From Callorhinchus milii (Eukaryota): DNA of 64,000 nucleotides. A program made the position numbers and the translations under genes. Below the pieces are notes generated by a model, which saw only the letters and a list, made by a program, of their open reading frames with translations, had not been told where the DNA came from and did no database searches. Below, one piece after another: positions 23,126 to 37,249 of the stretch. Where the stretch lies: the NCBI RefSeq assembly GCF_018977255.1, contig NW_024704743.1, positions 43,464,001 to 43,528,000 of the forward strand, in the 5' to 3' direction. Within the stretch, counting starts at the first letter, position 1. Each line of letters starts with the position of its first letter.

Positions 23126-24404
23126 ATAGTATAAGTCGCCACTATTTTTAAATTGTGGATTCCTCTTAATTCTGACAAGATCAATGTTAATCTTAACTTC
23201 TGTAGATATTTGAGTGTCCTATTTGTAACATGTTTTGTAACCTGAGAAGATAAATTCTGGTTCAGTTTAAGAGGTTGATTTTATAAGTCTTGTGACAATT
23301 AAATCCATACAGATGTGGATCGAAATTCTAAGCAGATGGATAATCAAGCAAGTGTTTCATAAATTATTTTATAAACATTCAGCAGAGTCAGCCTAAGTAT
23401 TCAGTTTACAGGAACAAAGAACAACAATGACTATAATTCAGAAATAAAACCACAGCTGAAACAGTTTCATGCTCTCTGCATCCCCCATATTCTTCAGTAA
23501 ATTTGAAGCAATTATCACGGCAAAAATATTGCAAGCATCTGCCACCTTCTACTTCTGAACCTTTCAATGTGTTAATTTAATGCACTGTATAAGTGATTTC
23601 TTTATATGTGCTGGCAGAGTGAATGAAATACACTAGGGATACAAACTAAATGTTTAGAAAGGCAGAGGCCTGAAATTTCTCATTGCCATAGCCTTAACAC
23701 AATAGGGTCTAAATTCCATGCATCAGTGAAATTATTCAAAAGTAATGAAATTTGAATTTTTTTTATATGTATTCCACTAAAATATAGAACATGGCTGTTT
23801 GGGGGCCACTGCTGTGTGCAAATTAGCTGCTGCATTTGCCTACAAACAACTAGTTACTACGCTTAATAGTAAAATCCTTTGAAGCGTTTTGAGATAGTTC
23901 AATGACCTGTTGAGGCACTATATCAAATTCAAAGATTATTATTATTATTACAGCTGCCATGGTTTCCACAGCACACAGCATTTAAGATAATATTTCACAA
24001 GCTCCTCTTTTAAAGTAGCTGTACAAAATGAATCAAGAATTATCTGAAGGAGACTAAATAGTGACAATCTACCCTTGCACTGTAAAAGGAGTGTTGTGGA
24101 ATACAGAGAGTGAGAAAAATATTTGAAAACTTGACACAGTTTCTAAGTGAGCAATCCACAAAACTTACTTACAGGGGCTTTTCCTAAGTGGCATGGTACA
24201 AATAGGGTGGGAATTTATATTATAACTGTAGTTTGACTGAACAGCAAGAGGAATTGCATTCCAATGAATAAGCAATGATTAGGCAAACTTCAGTCTTGAG
24301 AGAAGATACATCAGAGGGATCTTATAGAAATGTGCAACATTTTAAATGGGGTTGAAAAAGTAAACTCAGATTAATAGTTTAAATCAATTTACTCAATGTC
24401 AATT

Positions 24405-24815
24405 TGTGTCATCCTGGTTTTGTTGGTAGCGCTCTTGCCTCTGAGTCAGAAGGTTTGTGGGTTCAAGCCCCACTTAGTGCTGGAAGTGTGCTGGATTGTC
24501 AGAGGTGCCATCCTTATGATGAGATGTTAAACTAAGTTCTCAGCTGCCTATTCAGGAGGATGTTAAAGATCCTGGGGTACTAGTTGAAAAAAGAAGATTG
24601 CTTCTCCTGGTGTCCTGACCAAAAAATCACCAAATAAAATTGATCACGCACTCCATGACTGTTTGAGGACATTGTTGAGTGCAAATTGGCTGATACATTT
24701 CCCACAAAGAACACCCGGTTACACTAGTTTACACTGTATCCTGTGAAGTGCTTTGAGAATGCTTAATATCTCAATGAGGTGATAATGTGCTATATCAAAT
24801 GTAAGGACTATTATT
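24405..24815 (+). mobile_element. Old long Deu-core SINE nested in a CR1 fragment (CR1 at ~24290-24380 and 24830-25072)
   Basis: GTTGGTAGCGCTCTTGCCTCTGAGTCAGAAGGTTTGTGGGTTCAAGCCCCAC head; CR1 motifs AGAGGGATCTTATAGAAATG before and TTCTTTACACAGAAGGTAATTAA after. Confidence 0.75.
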
Positions 24816-27189
24816 AAGACAGTAGAACAAGAGGGCATAGGATTAGAGTTGAAAAGGGCAATTTCAGGACAGATAGAAGGAAGTTTTTCTTTACACAGAA
24901 GGTAATTAATGATGAATAGGCAGCCAGGTTGGGTGATAGAGACTAAGGCACTGGACACAATTAAAAAAAGCAGCTTAATGCTGTTTCTTGAAAAAGGGTT
25001 GGTATTCCGGAAGGGTGAGATCACATGGGCCAAAAGGTCTTCTTCATCCCAAATAATCTTGTGATCTTGTGAATCCAAAATAACATTTTGAAAGAATCAT
25101 GCTCTGAATGAAGATGGTATTAGCTTATTGAAAAATATTGATAGCAAGAAGCTGTAGCTAACTGGAAATCTGGATTAAATTAACAAGATAATGAACAAAC
25201 TAAACAAAGTCAAATGGACAAACAATAGCTTAGAAAATGGCCACAAACATGTCTGCACAGAGTGGAGTGGAGTTCTGTTGCCTGCAGGGAGTTTCCTTCA
25301 GACCTGATTCACTTGGTAAGAATTTCTGTTAAGGCCGTATTCAAATGTTCATGGATAATTGGAAACATGCAAATAAGAGGCTGTAAAGCGGCCCTGAATA
25401 TCAATGTGTGCAGGCGGGTTATCCAAATATATCTAATGCAGTTGAGCTATGTCAATAGAAATTAACCGGTTCCAGAAATTTTAAAAATGGAATGTGCTAT
25501 AAGCAGGTATGCTCCAATGCCCTCTTCACCTGTCTCCCTAGCTACACTACCCACAAATTACAACTTATTCAGACCTCCGCCACCTGTTTTCTGCATATGA
25601 TCACCTCCTTCTTCCCCCTGACTTGGCAACAGGCTCTGACACTGTTATGCTGCCTCATGTGAAGGGCACTATATAAATGCTTGTTGTTGTATGCTGTTAT
25701 TTAGGCACCTGAAGACTCTAATGTTTGCTGCTTACTTGGAGATTGCATCGTTGATTGTTGTTCAAGTGAGGAGAGCTAAACTTCTTCTGACATTCTCCCG
25801 GGCTGTAAAGGCCCTTACTTTTAGCGTTAACTGGCATTAGACATTGATCACTGCAGGGCATGCATGACATTCATTTCAGTGACTGTTCTGCTCTGAAGTG
25901 CATTATAGCAGAAATCTGATAAAATCCATTTCTATTTCCCAACACAAATGTTCATCTGATCTGAAATTTATGAAATGTGTTTAAACATTAACTTGGATTT
26001 CAGCAAACAAGAGGCTTTTTACCTCATAAATATGCACCTGAATGCTGATGCAAGTGTAAATGTATTGCATATTGGGAAGGATTATGATGAGCAGATCACT
26101 TGTGAAATGACAAGCAGAAGCACTCACAGTTTTACCGCTTGTGAGTAATGTTATCTGTGCAATGTTGATTTGTTTTATGCAATCCACTCTGTTTGGATGT
26201 GTGTTCTTTTATTAGATGACTGGGCATAATTACACTTGAAGCAAATAGATCGTCAGCGACCTTGAACAAGTCAAGAACTGACTGATGAGGCAGCAAATAA
26301 TGTGAGCCTATCATTTAATTTTTTATTGTCTCATTAACATTTATGTCTTCTTGGAAAATGGGAAGAAACATATCTGGTTACAGTTAGACACAAGGTACAA
26401 CAGCTATTAGAGTTACATTAGCTACATATCATTACAAATGCATGATTTCCATTACATACAGGAAGCCTGTAGATAGACAGTGCTGTGCCTTCAAGCTTGG
26501 CACCAACTACTACTCATTTTAATGAAAATCACTTTTTGTTTTCATTTTTTCCCATCACTTTTTAAAGAAAATATATTATCTCTAATATATTTTCTAATGG
26601 AATGCCATAAACAGGCAGGAAAGACACATTCACTGAGGCAGTAGATGTAATTTTAAATATATATGTATATAAACTCCTTCATTTTTTTTACTTGTTTTCT
26701 TCAATACATTTCCATTCTGTGCTCATGAACATGATGGATAGATGGATGAATAGTTGTCCTGGCTAAAAACGCAACAAATATATGGAATTCAAAATGCCAT
26801 TTAGACTGGCAATTCTAACTCTCTAATTCAAAGATATTTTGCTTTCATGGAATCATGCAGTACATCACAGAGATAGGGCCTTTGGCCCATCAAGTGTACA
26901 CTGTTTTTTTCTCCCTATGAGACACCTAGCCTAATCCCATTCTCTTACTCACTTTCCATACCCTATAATCATGGATTCTTTTACTCTCTCTTTCCTCTCC
27001 TCTCCACTCTCTCCTCTCCAGATTTGTTTGGATGAAGAAGGAAGGCCCTTCGGGCCATTTGATCTCATTACAGCATCAAACTGTTTATTAAATGATCCCA
27101 GTGTCCTGACCTCCCTTCCTGGTATCCTGTCCCAATTACTAATTATCCTCAGAAAAAATGAAATAAACCTCATTCTCCCATTCTTATTC

Positions 27190-27372
27190 TCCAGGCTGCT
27201 CCATGTCTCCCACCCGACCCGCCATACCATCGGTGGCCAGGATTTCAGCCTCTCTGCCCCCATACTCTGGAACTCCATCCCACAATCCCTTCTCCTCGCT
27301 TCCTCCCTTAAAAACTTTGAGATGTCCTCCCGACATGAAAGGTGATATACAAATGTAAATTTGTATTATATT
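27190..27372 (+). mobile_element. L2 3' end
   Basis: CTCTGGAACTCCATCCC...GATGTCCTCCCGACATGAAAGGTGATATACAAATGTAAATTTG. Confidence 0.75.
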
Positions 27373-29744
27373 GTACCAGGTATAGCCAGTAGAACATTAA
27401 ATTACTGGGAAATTTCAAATTATGTCAATGTCAAATTAGTTGGTTTCAGGACCTCACATGAAATATAAAAGCTGCTTGAAATAACCAGGCAGATTACCAG
27501 GCCCAACATTTCACTTGGTCTAAGCCTATAAACCTGTGAAACTAATTTGTCTTAAAAATTATCGATCCCTTAATTGTAGAAAATTCTTAAATTCTGTGTT
27601 AATTTTTCATAGAAAGTACAGCTCAGAAACAGTCCATTCAGCCCATCCAGTCTGGCGAGTGCTTATACTCCACACAAGTGCCCATCCTAGATCCAAGTTT
27701 TGAAGTTGGGTTTCTACAGTTCTTATAAAGAATGAATTTTTGACTTGACCGAATTTTCCACTATTCTACGTCATCTTAAATTTTAAGATAAAATAACCCC
27801 ACAGGTGCCATTTTGGGTCTCACGTGTGTTAAATTAAAACCATTTAGCAGCCAAAGCAACATTCCACACATTCTTGTTTGCAGTACCATTAACTCAAACA
27901 GCAAGTACAATTCAGCCCTGGTGGTCCAAGGAAAACAAAATTCAATAATTCAGAAAATGTATCTACATCTCCATTGAGTCATACTGTCAGACCCTATTAC
28001 ACTGATTTACCAGCTGTTCTCCCATTCAGTTCATCATTGTGATTTTACACAGCAGTCTATCCATTTTGCAAAACATCATCCTTAGTGATCCAGCCAGTGA
28101 AGCAGTGCTAACGCCTGCATTCCACAATGATTGCAATGTGCTTTGTAGAGCAGGCAAGGTTACTTCTCGTGTAATGACAAGGCATGTATGGAGTTGCTGA
28201 TTCCTACTGACATCCGCAATGTCACTGAATCTGAATCAGGTAGAAATAAGGCCTTGGCTCAGCAATTAATCTTGGCCGGCCCATGTTTTAACAGCCATAA
28301 TATTATTTCCATCTCTTAATAGGTTAAAAGCAAAGTTTCTGTGAACAAGTGGGAAAACATGTATAGTGTGGAGATGCTCTTACAAACTGACAAAGACAAC
28401 ATTTCTTAAGTGCTAGTTGTTTACAATTTACCATATGGGGATGTGAGCTCAAAGTATTGACCTGAAAATACAGACAGTACATGGGGAGAACTGCACTATC
28501 AGCCTTCAGATAAGAGATTAGGACTGAAGTACCATTTGCTGTTTCTGTGATTGTTTAAAGATCCCATGACCTTTAGAATATTTGTCCTCTGCCAAACAAT
28601 CCTCCAGATAAATTGATCATTCTTCGCATGGCTGTTTGTGAGACTTTAATATCACAAATAACTGTTGTTTGCTTACAAAACAGTCACTACATTTGATAGT
28701 AAATACTTGTGAAACAAATAATTGTTTGAGAGACAAGTAACTTCAATGCAGCAGCCAATTTGAACACATCAATTTCCCACAAACAGCCATGAATTGAAAG
28801 TTTATTTCTTTTATTTGGGGGATTGCTGGTTGGGATACAGGAATTTCCCTTCTCTTTTTGAATAGTTCCATGAAATCTTTAACATCCACCTGAACAGTTG
28901 ACATCAATTTAATGTTTCATCAAAAGGACAGCACCTCCAACAATACTGCACAAGAATATCAGCCTGGACCCAAAAACTTGAACCCACAACCTGGGTATTT
29001 AGGAGGGTCTGTAGAAGATGTAGCATGACTAGTCTTTTCTCGTACTCTTCTTTTTATAAATATCAAAGATATTTTTGTAGCAAACCGAGTCACTTCCCAG
29101 CGTGAAGAGTTATATAAATGCAAGTTGTTGTTGTTGATTTTGTTGTACATCCTTGTGTCCATAGCACCATTCAGACATTTCTACTATTCCTAATGAGTTT
29201 CATATAAGGACCTGGATAAATTTTTGCATATCTTTATCTCAAAGGCACGTGCCAAAACTTGCCACACTTTCGGTCAGCTTTCCCCTTCCCAGCCTCTTCA
29301 GTTCTCATCCCAACTTGGTGCTCAGGCAGCAGTGTGAAGCGCTTTGACACATCCTCCTGACGTGAAAGTGCTATATAAATTGTATTGTGATCTATTTCCT
29401 TGCTTCACAATGTTTATTGAATGCAAAAATGTCATGTGGCATTTTAAACCATTATTCACTAGCACATCTATTTTCACTTCTCTAATGGGTGTATTTTTCA
29501 TCTTCATGCCAGGAGGACACCTCAAGGCAATCATGGCTTGGCATCCAAGCTGGGGGTAGGAGCCTAGGCAGATGGGAAGGGTAAGACAACCAAAATTTAT
29601 GCCTATTACCGAAAGCCAATGCCATAGCTTGAACTATCAGCTGAACTTGTTGGACTATGTAAACTGCATTCAAAGCACAATGGGTACAGGGTCCCTTACA
29701 TGGTAAGGGATAGATGCTCACCTGATAAAATAAGGCAGTACATT

Positions 29745-29972
29745 GAAATTCAACCTATTCTTATCCTTTAGAAAGATTATGTCTTAAAATTTAGTAATGG
29801 ATGGAATTGTGGAAAATTCTTAAATTCAGTCTTCATTTTAGAAGATTTTTTGTGCAATTCTTAAACAGAACCAGTTTCTAAATTAAGAGTCTTTTTAAGA
29901 ATTTTCTACGACTGAGGTTAAATTTTAAGGCAAAAAGTCTTCCATGCTAAAACCTGGATGGAATTTTGGGCC
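29745..29972. mobile_element. Old palindromic AT-rich MITE-like element
   Basis: Internal inverted symmetry (GAAAATTCTTAAA / TTTAAGAATTTTC); ends GAATTTTGGGCC; related pieces at 27550-27790, 32560-32665, 42541-42718 and 57340-57450. Confidence 0.5.
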
Positions 29973-29997
29973 TTATATTTCTGTAAAGCAGATTGCT

Positions 29998-30590
29998 TAT
30001 AGAATCATAGAATCATAGAATTAAACAGCATCGAAGAAGGCCATTCGGCCCATCATGTCTGTCCTGGCCCTTTAAAAAGAGCTATCCAATTCATTCCAAC
30101 TCCCTCGCTTTCTCCAGCCCTGCAAACTTGTCCTCCCCAAATAAGTATCTACTCTCTTAAAAGTTTTTATGGAATCAGCTTCCACCACCATTTCAGGCAA
30201 GGCATTCCAGAACGGAAACAACTCGCTATGGAAAAAAATTCTCCTCACCTCCCCTCTGTTTCTTTTAACAATTATTTTAAATCAGTGCCCTTGGGTTACT
30301 GACCCACCCACCAGTGGAAATATTTTCTCCTTGTTCACCATATTGAATCCCTCATAATTTTGAAATCTTCTATTAAGTCTTCTCTTAACCTTCTCTGCTC
30401 CAAGGAGAATAATCCTAGCTTCTCTAGCCTCTCCTGATAACTGAAGTCCCTCATCACTGGTGCCATCCTGGTAAATCTCTTTTGCACCTCTCCGATGCCT
30501 TGACATCCTTCTTAAAGTGTAGCACCCAGAACTGAACACAGTACTCCAGCTGAGGCCTAAACAATGTTTTATAAAGCTTGATGAAGGTTA
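29998..30590 (-). mobile_element. 5'-truncated CR1 LINE with (ATTCTATG)n tail
   Basis: KLYKTLFRPQLEYCVQFW frame; 3' UTR GATGGGCCGAATGGCCTTCTTC; ATAGAATC repeats at 29999-30021. Confidence 0.9.
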
Positions 30591-30751
30591 TATTATCTTT
30601 CAAGGGGGATAAAGATAGATTATCTATAAAAGAGGAATTTGCATATGAATGGGGAAAAGGTAATAAATAGAACTGAATTGACTGCTCTTTCAAAGAGCCA
30701 ACTAACTCACAATGGACTGAATGGCCTTCTTCAATGCAATGAATGTAATTC

Positions 30752-31099
30752 TGTAGAGTATTGATTAGAGCACTCGCAAGCAAGAAGACCCGGGTTTGAT
30801 TCCTGGGCAGGTCAAAACCTTAGGCAAGTTTCCTTACTCCATGTGCTTTTTTACCCATCAATAGGTAGAAAACCAGTTGTTGTTCGATTGCAGATCGCCT
30901 TTTGAGGTCATAATCCCTTAAAAAAAATTGGGTACTCAATCCATGACTGTTTGTGGGATACTGCTTTGTGCAAGTGGCTGCTGTCTTAAGCCTACAAAAT
31001 ATGCAGCCAATTCACTTTACAATATATTCTGTGAAGCGCTTTGATATGTCCCAACGGCATGTTAAGGTGCTATATTAAATGCAAGAATTATTATTATTA
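30752..31099 (+). mobile_element. tRNA-Ala SINE, longer subfamily, degenerate
   Basis: TTAGAGCACTCGC..., GGCAAGTTTCCTTACTCCA, core and tail. Confidence 0.82.
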
Positions 31100-34000
31100 A
31101 ATGTCTGTAGTTCTAGGTGTCTGCCACAGTCTTGTATGAACTGTCATACTGCTTAAAGTGATAATAATCCTTGCTATAATGATGATTTATATAACCTCAT
31201 CTCCTGTCCTTCACTGTTCAATGAAGGTTGGAGATTTACAACATTAGAAGACCCCGTTGAGTCTTTTTAATATCCAAAGAACTACAGCCACATTGTTACA
31301 GATGAAATATTACCATCAAATAACGTTTCATCAAACTGAATAAATACTAATTACCAAATGGGACCACTTATTTTGGTGGGAAAATTACAGATAACAACCC
31401 AGTTAATAATTGTATCATGTTTACATTCCTGTCAGAATAAGAATTATTGATCTAGGGGATTCTTTGGTTGGATGTGTATGTGTGTCAATTGTAAAATAAA
31501 GGCATTGACACATGTGGAATTAGAATAATTGCACCAAGGAACTTTAGCTTTAAGAAAGGAGCTTTGTTCTTCTCATCTGCCTGTGATGAAACTTGAGTTC
31601 CAGAGGTCTCAGGTATAATGCCTATTACTGAGATTGAGGAGAGGTTGGGGAGCTCTATTTTGTTGGAAGGATTAGATGTGACAGCCAAATTGAACTCAAA
31701 ACCTAAAATTCTGCAATAAAACTGGACTTGGGAGTCTGCTAATATCCCAGTGACAAAGTGCACATTGTGATATAGTACTTGGTTACACACATTCCCAAGA
31801 GAGCATTGCATGTTTGTCTAATGTATTCTAATGAATTTAGCAGGACCACACAGAACTTTAATAGCAGAGCTGGGCAATTTAGTTTACAATGAAGCCAAGT
31901 TATGCATCTTCATCACTAGCATATTTATCCTGCATTGAAAGTCAATTCTCAATGCAGTTTGGTGGATAATTTCAAAACCTAGTAAAATTCTCGTTGCTGC
32001 AGTAGGGATGCTGGCTGTAATGAAATCTACTACACAGTCGCTCAAGGCATGACAAGGTCAGTGCGAAGTTTAAAAACTGTCCCCCATTTTTTTACACATG
32101 GTTTTAATGGTTTAAGATGGTCATGCTTTTTTTGTTGTATTATGTAACCCCAGAGCATTATTTTGCAAGGACTGCTAGAGATACCCTGGTGCTATGAATA
32201 GTTAGATGATAATTAATAAAGTGATAAAATAATGAATAATCCTTGCATTTAATATAACTCATTTTACATCAGGAGCATGCCCCAAAGCACTTCACAGGAT
32301 TTACTGTAAAGTGTGGTGACTTTATTTGATAGGTGAGCAAGGCAGCAAAGTTGCACAAAGCAAACATGAAATGAATGATCAGGTTTATTTTGGGGTATTG
32401 TAGTGAGAAACACCATTCTCTTTTTCAAACGTGCTTTGGGATCTTTAACATCCCCCTGAAAATCTAGACAAGACCTTGGTTTAACATCTCATCGAAAGAA
32501 CGGGTAATGTTGGTAAAGAATTTGAGTCCTGGTATTCAAAAACAATTCTTAGTGTTAAGACCATGTTTTGAAATTGAAGGCTGTCCAGAATTTTTAAGAA
32601 TTGCAGAAAACTGGCTTCTAAATTAAGATTTATTTCATCCATTACTAGAATTGGAGATAGGGCAGACTATCATAGCACTATTCAATGTAGCACTATGCCA
32701 ATTATAGGGCAGTTATGATGTCACAGCATAAAAAATACTTTATTGTGAGATAGGGGTAGTAAGTTAGAAGTTAAAGATCCCATGACATTATTACAGAAGG
32801 GAGTTTCTTTAGGGGTCCTAACCAGCAATCCTCCAGATTAAATTGGTCATTCATTTCATGACTATTTGTGACACACTGTTGTGCAAATCAGCTAATGAAT
32901 TAGTCTACAAACACGCAGTCACTACATTTTACTGTGAATCCCGTGAAGTGTTTTGATGACTTCAAGGATTATTATTTTATTATTACGCTTGGTGGGAGAG
33001 CAGAATTATTGATGATAACTTGTGCCATGGAAAGCTATGAAATTATCTCTCCTGCTGATAACAAGCTGAAATAATGTTTTTGCTGCAATATTATTCAAGA
33101 CTACACTTACTTAACATTAGATTGATCTGGACTGTGAAGGTGCTCTCATGCTAATCACACTCACTGCTGTCCTAACCTCATTAGTGCTTTGGAAAACATT
33201 TCATGATCAACTCAACCGAAAGCTTGAATTTGTTACATTGCAAAAGTGCACAAGAGATTGTACATTATTCCTTTCTAATGATGCCTATCCACCTGCAAAT
33301 TAAACATTTTACCTCAAAATAAAGAAAGAAAATGATTGCAATGTTCCCATTACATATTTGGGTGTAAAAGGTAATTCTTCATAATAGATTCATGAGCTGA
33401 ATCTATTTCCTGGCTAACAATATCCGGATAAATTGGTCATTCTCCACTTGGCTGTTTGTGGGATATTGCTAAATGCAATATTGACTTCAGCCTAGGTCTC
33501 CACATACAATATAATTTACATTCATGTAGTGAATTTCACATTGGGAGGACATTTCAAAGCGCCTGACAATGCTGCCTGGGTAGCCGAGCAAATGTGTAAT
33601 AACAATCTACGGTAAATACTACAAAGCGCTTTGAGACATTTTGATCTTATAGTCACTATGCTAAATGCAAAAATCATAATATATTTTTTAAAAATTAGGA
33701 AGAAATTTCATCTGGAACTAGTTGTACTCTTTTTTTAAGCATTTCAGAGCATCCAGAATTTGGTAAATTGTAAAATTCGGAGAGAGAAGGTGCAAAACGG
33801 AGGGGTTTAGGGAGAGAGATCCAGAGAGCAGGGGTAAGTTGGTTAACGGCTTGCCCACAATGGTGGGCGGAGGGGACATTAGAATGTGGAGCAGGCCACA
33901 TGATGTGGAGGAAAATATTAATTGATTATTGTGGAAGATGAACATAAGTCTGTTTATGCCAACATTCCATAAACCATGTAAGATGACATGCGTAAAGCAA

Positions 34001-34499
34001 ACGAATGCCCTCAGTTCATTCTAGATATCATCACTACTTTTCAATCAGCAGTATTGCGTCCTTACATGCCTCACAGATCTCAAAACAATCAATATTAAGT
34101 GATAATCCCTGAACGGTAATGGGAACTAATGGTTTGACCAAACACTTATTCAAACATTTTTACTTATTCCTTGATGTGTAGCTAACTGAGGTGACAGGAA
34201 AATGGCCCTCGAGTGCATAGGTACATGGAAAATAACAAGGCAGGAGCTGACAATAAAAAAATATCAGATCAAAAACGAACGAGGGCTGGAATGCAATGAA
34301 ATAACTGGACCATTAAAAGAAGTGAAAATAGACAAATGGTAACAATAAAACATGACAAGGAATAGGCTTCACTGCACCAAATGAGTCCCTACATTAAATG
34401 ATTTTGCTTCAAATTAGAACAGATAAACTGTCATCTTACTATCATCAGCGGTGGCAGCCCAGACTTGGAGTTTGTTGCAATCTGGCAATTGGCCAGAGA

Positions 34500-34690
34500 T
34501 CCCCTGCTCCTTTGACCTCATTCCCACCCAGCTGCTGACCTCCCAAATGCCTTTACTCCCCCTACTGGTGGACACAGTTAACCTGTCCTTCTCCCCCAGC
34601 ACCGTCCTTCTCCCCCTCATCATCCAACTCCTCAAAACACCCAACATTGATCTGTCAAACTTCCCCAACTCGACCCAACTGTTCTTACTT
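34500..34690 (+). mobile_element. L2 RT fragment
   Basis: Frame CSFDLIPTQLL...LVDTVNLSFS...LLKTPNID, homologous to 16430-16620. Confidence 0.6.
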
Positions 34691-34837
34691 TCTAAAGACT
34701 GAGAGATCCACATGTGTATGGTGCCTACGCTAGGAATTTCCCTATCCTTGGAATAGAGTAAGCACTTTCTCCCTGCAGAGAGATACACCTGCTTACCCAA
34801 TTCTAGAAAGTATTATATTTAGGTTGGCAACAGCTAA

Positions 34838-35085
34838 GACTTGGGGACCCCAGGATACGGGTACTGCTGGAATGTAATCAACGTAAGTGACTTGCTACTG
34901 TATATACTGCCACTATCTGAATAGCCTCCCACTGTATCCAACCAGAATCAAAGTACATGACTTTGGCTTTCATGGTTACAGGACTCAGTGACTGGTTTGC
35001 CCTCTATGTCCGATGACAAGTCAGGTGGACTGATCTGTCGATCAGCTTTGAAATACTGTACATCGGACCTGCATGGCTCAAAAAC
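34838..35085 (-). repeat. Family X, very degenerate fragment
   Basis: GGGGACCCCAGG..GGGTACTGCTGGAAT...CAGTGACTGGTTTGCCCT..CCGATGAC..CATGGCTCA. Confidence 0.5.
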
Positions 35086-35134
35086 TAGACAACCGAGTCT
35101 ACCACAGTCTTGATGCTGATATTCTATTGTCAAG

Positions 35135-35522
35135 CTTGTCATGACGTCCCAAAGTGCTGGATATTCAGGGATTAGGATCTGAGTAGAGAGGAGGGTTGGG
35201 ATCAGGGAGGGTGGAGGGCAGAGAGGGTAGGAGAGTGGCCGAAGGCGCAGACAAAGAGGAGGGTCTGGAGGCATGCCTTGAAGGAGACCAGGAAGGAAGC
35301 AAGATGAAGGGAATGTGGGATGGAATTCCAAAGGGTGGGGTTAAAGAGGCTGAAGGCTTGACCGCCGATGGTAGGGCAAGCCGGGCGGTGGACATGGAGC
35401 AGGCTGGAGCCTGCTGAGTAGAGGGAGCATACAGGTTGATAAGGGTTAGCAGGTTGGAGAGGTAGAAGGAGGCAAGGCCATGGAGGGCCTTGAAAGTGAG
35501 GACGAGAATTTACTTTAAAATA
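35135..35522 (-). mobile_element. L2 3' fragment
   Basis: Reverse complement aligns with 46170-46550 (TTCTCGTCCTCACTTTCAAGGCCCTCCATGGCCTTGCC...TTTGGAATTCCATCCC). Confidence 0.85.
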
Positions 35523-35877
35523 GAGGACTTTACTTTGTTGGTTCATTTGTAATGAGTATTTAGCCTTTTGGTTCCTGGAATTTCTTCGATGGTAAATGGG
35601 TTGTTAGAGGCACAGTAGTTTCTGTTGACGTGATATTTGTTACCTTCCCCCAGAGATGGATTTAACATTTTCTCTGACATTTTAGAAATGCTCAATTTCT
35701 TATTCTTAGCATTTACTTTTCTCCAATGTCATTATACAATTTTTCTTGAAAATGTTGCACCCCATAAATGAATATAAGATTTTCCAATTGTTTATTAGTC
35801 CATACATTAATACATAAATGGCATTTATCTAAGATCAGATATGAAATCCAATTATAAGCCACTTTGTTTTACTATTA

Positions 35878-35980
35878 ACAAAAACAGAAGTCACTAGGAA
35901 CACTCAGCAGGTCAGGCAGCATCTATGCAGAAAAGAAAGGAGTCAATGTTTCGGGTCCATGACCCTTTGTCAGAACTGGG
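35878..35980 (-). mobile_element. Penelope-like terminal-repeat fragment with degenerate hammerhead motif
   Basis: Minus strand AGTT-CTGACAA-AGGGTCATGGACCC-GAAA-CATT-GACT...GATGCTGCCTGACCTGCTGAGTGTTCC. Confidence 0.7.
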
Positions 35981-37249
35981 GCATGTTCACACCATAACAG
36001 CTCACCTTCCCCCTCTTCTGTGACTATTACCATATCATCTGGGTCCCAGACACACCTTTCTCTCACACTACTCACACTAATAAGGTCAGTACAATTTCCA
36101 ACCAGTGAACATTCAGATTTGCTTGTCTACCACAATTGATAAATTTATGGTCAATCATATAATTATACTCAAGATCACCAGAGCAGAAATTTAGTCTTTT
36201 TTTCAGAGCGTTATTAATTTCACATAATCATGATAAAAAATGTAATTGGTCCTTATTTATGTGTGAGCTGCTGACCAATGTTGCTTTACTCTATGAATTC
36301 CATCAATTTAGACTGTTTTAAGACCAGCGATATTTTATGGTTGCTCGCTGTTGGCACAAGCACGTTACGGGCTGATGTCGAAGGAATTAACATGGTGATT
36401 GGACAGCAGGTACAATGGGTAACATGATCCTTTCACTAAACCATTCTCTCTTTTAAGAAAGATATGATGATGTAGAAAACCTGAAGCTTACCAAGAATAT
36501 TAACTACCTCAGGTGACCACCCCATTGCCACCTTTAGCCACTGTTTCATCTTTATGAATTCTGAATGCTCACTGCTTAATGGCTTCAGACTTGAGAGAGG
36601 CTTGGACATTGCTTTATGACTCACCTACTCCATTGATCAGCATTTATTACAGAAAGGGAAACCTCAACCTTCAAAGAACTGTTGCAGTTTATTCGTCTCA
36701 TATTGGAATAATGAGCACACTAATTGTTGTAAACCTACCATATTTCCACTTTTAAAATGTTTGTGGTGGCGAAGTGATGGGACAATTGGTTTATCGCCAC
36801 TATTTATTGTTAATGTGGCAACATTTTTATATCTGTGTAATAACTTGTAATTGTTTATACCCTCCTTAAGAGGAAGATTCTCCTGCTTGTGAGATGTTGC
36901 TGTGTGCAAATGGGCTGCTGCATTTGTCAACAAATATACAGTCAGTACACTTCACAGTAAATCCTTTGAAGCACTTTGAGATGTCCTCCTGACGTGAAAG
37001 GGCAAATACTAAATACAAGGATTATTGCATATTTAAGAATGCAAATTCTATCAATCTGTTAATGTTTTCCTTTCTGATGTCTTCACAAAAGCAAATAATT
37101 ATAACATTTTTGATTAGGAGCTTCTCTCCTCTGATCCAACTTATCATAAAGCTTTATCAGTCCCAAGTCCACAAACAAATAAAATGTTATTTCCCAGGTG
37201 TTTCATCATTCGTACTGCAGCCTTGCATCAATGAAATGCACCTCCCCTT

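Noticed and set aside
26281..26310. CTGATGAG hammerhead-like cores at 26282 and 63628
   Set aside because: No stem II or downstream GAAA that would complete the fold.
31485..31811. Minus-strand ORFs at 31485, 36436, 39192, 43991 and 51159 as host exons
   Set aside because: No recognisable homology and no consistent pair of splice signals; lengths are within chance expectation.
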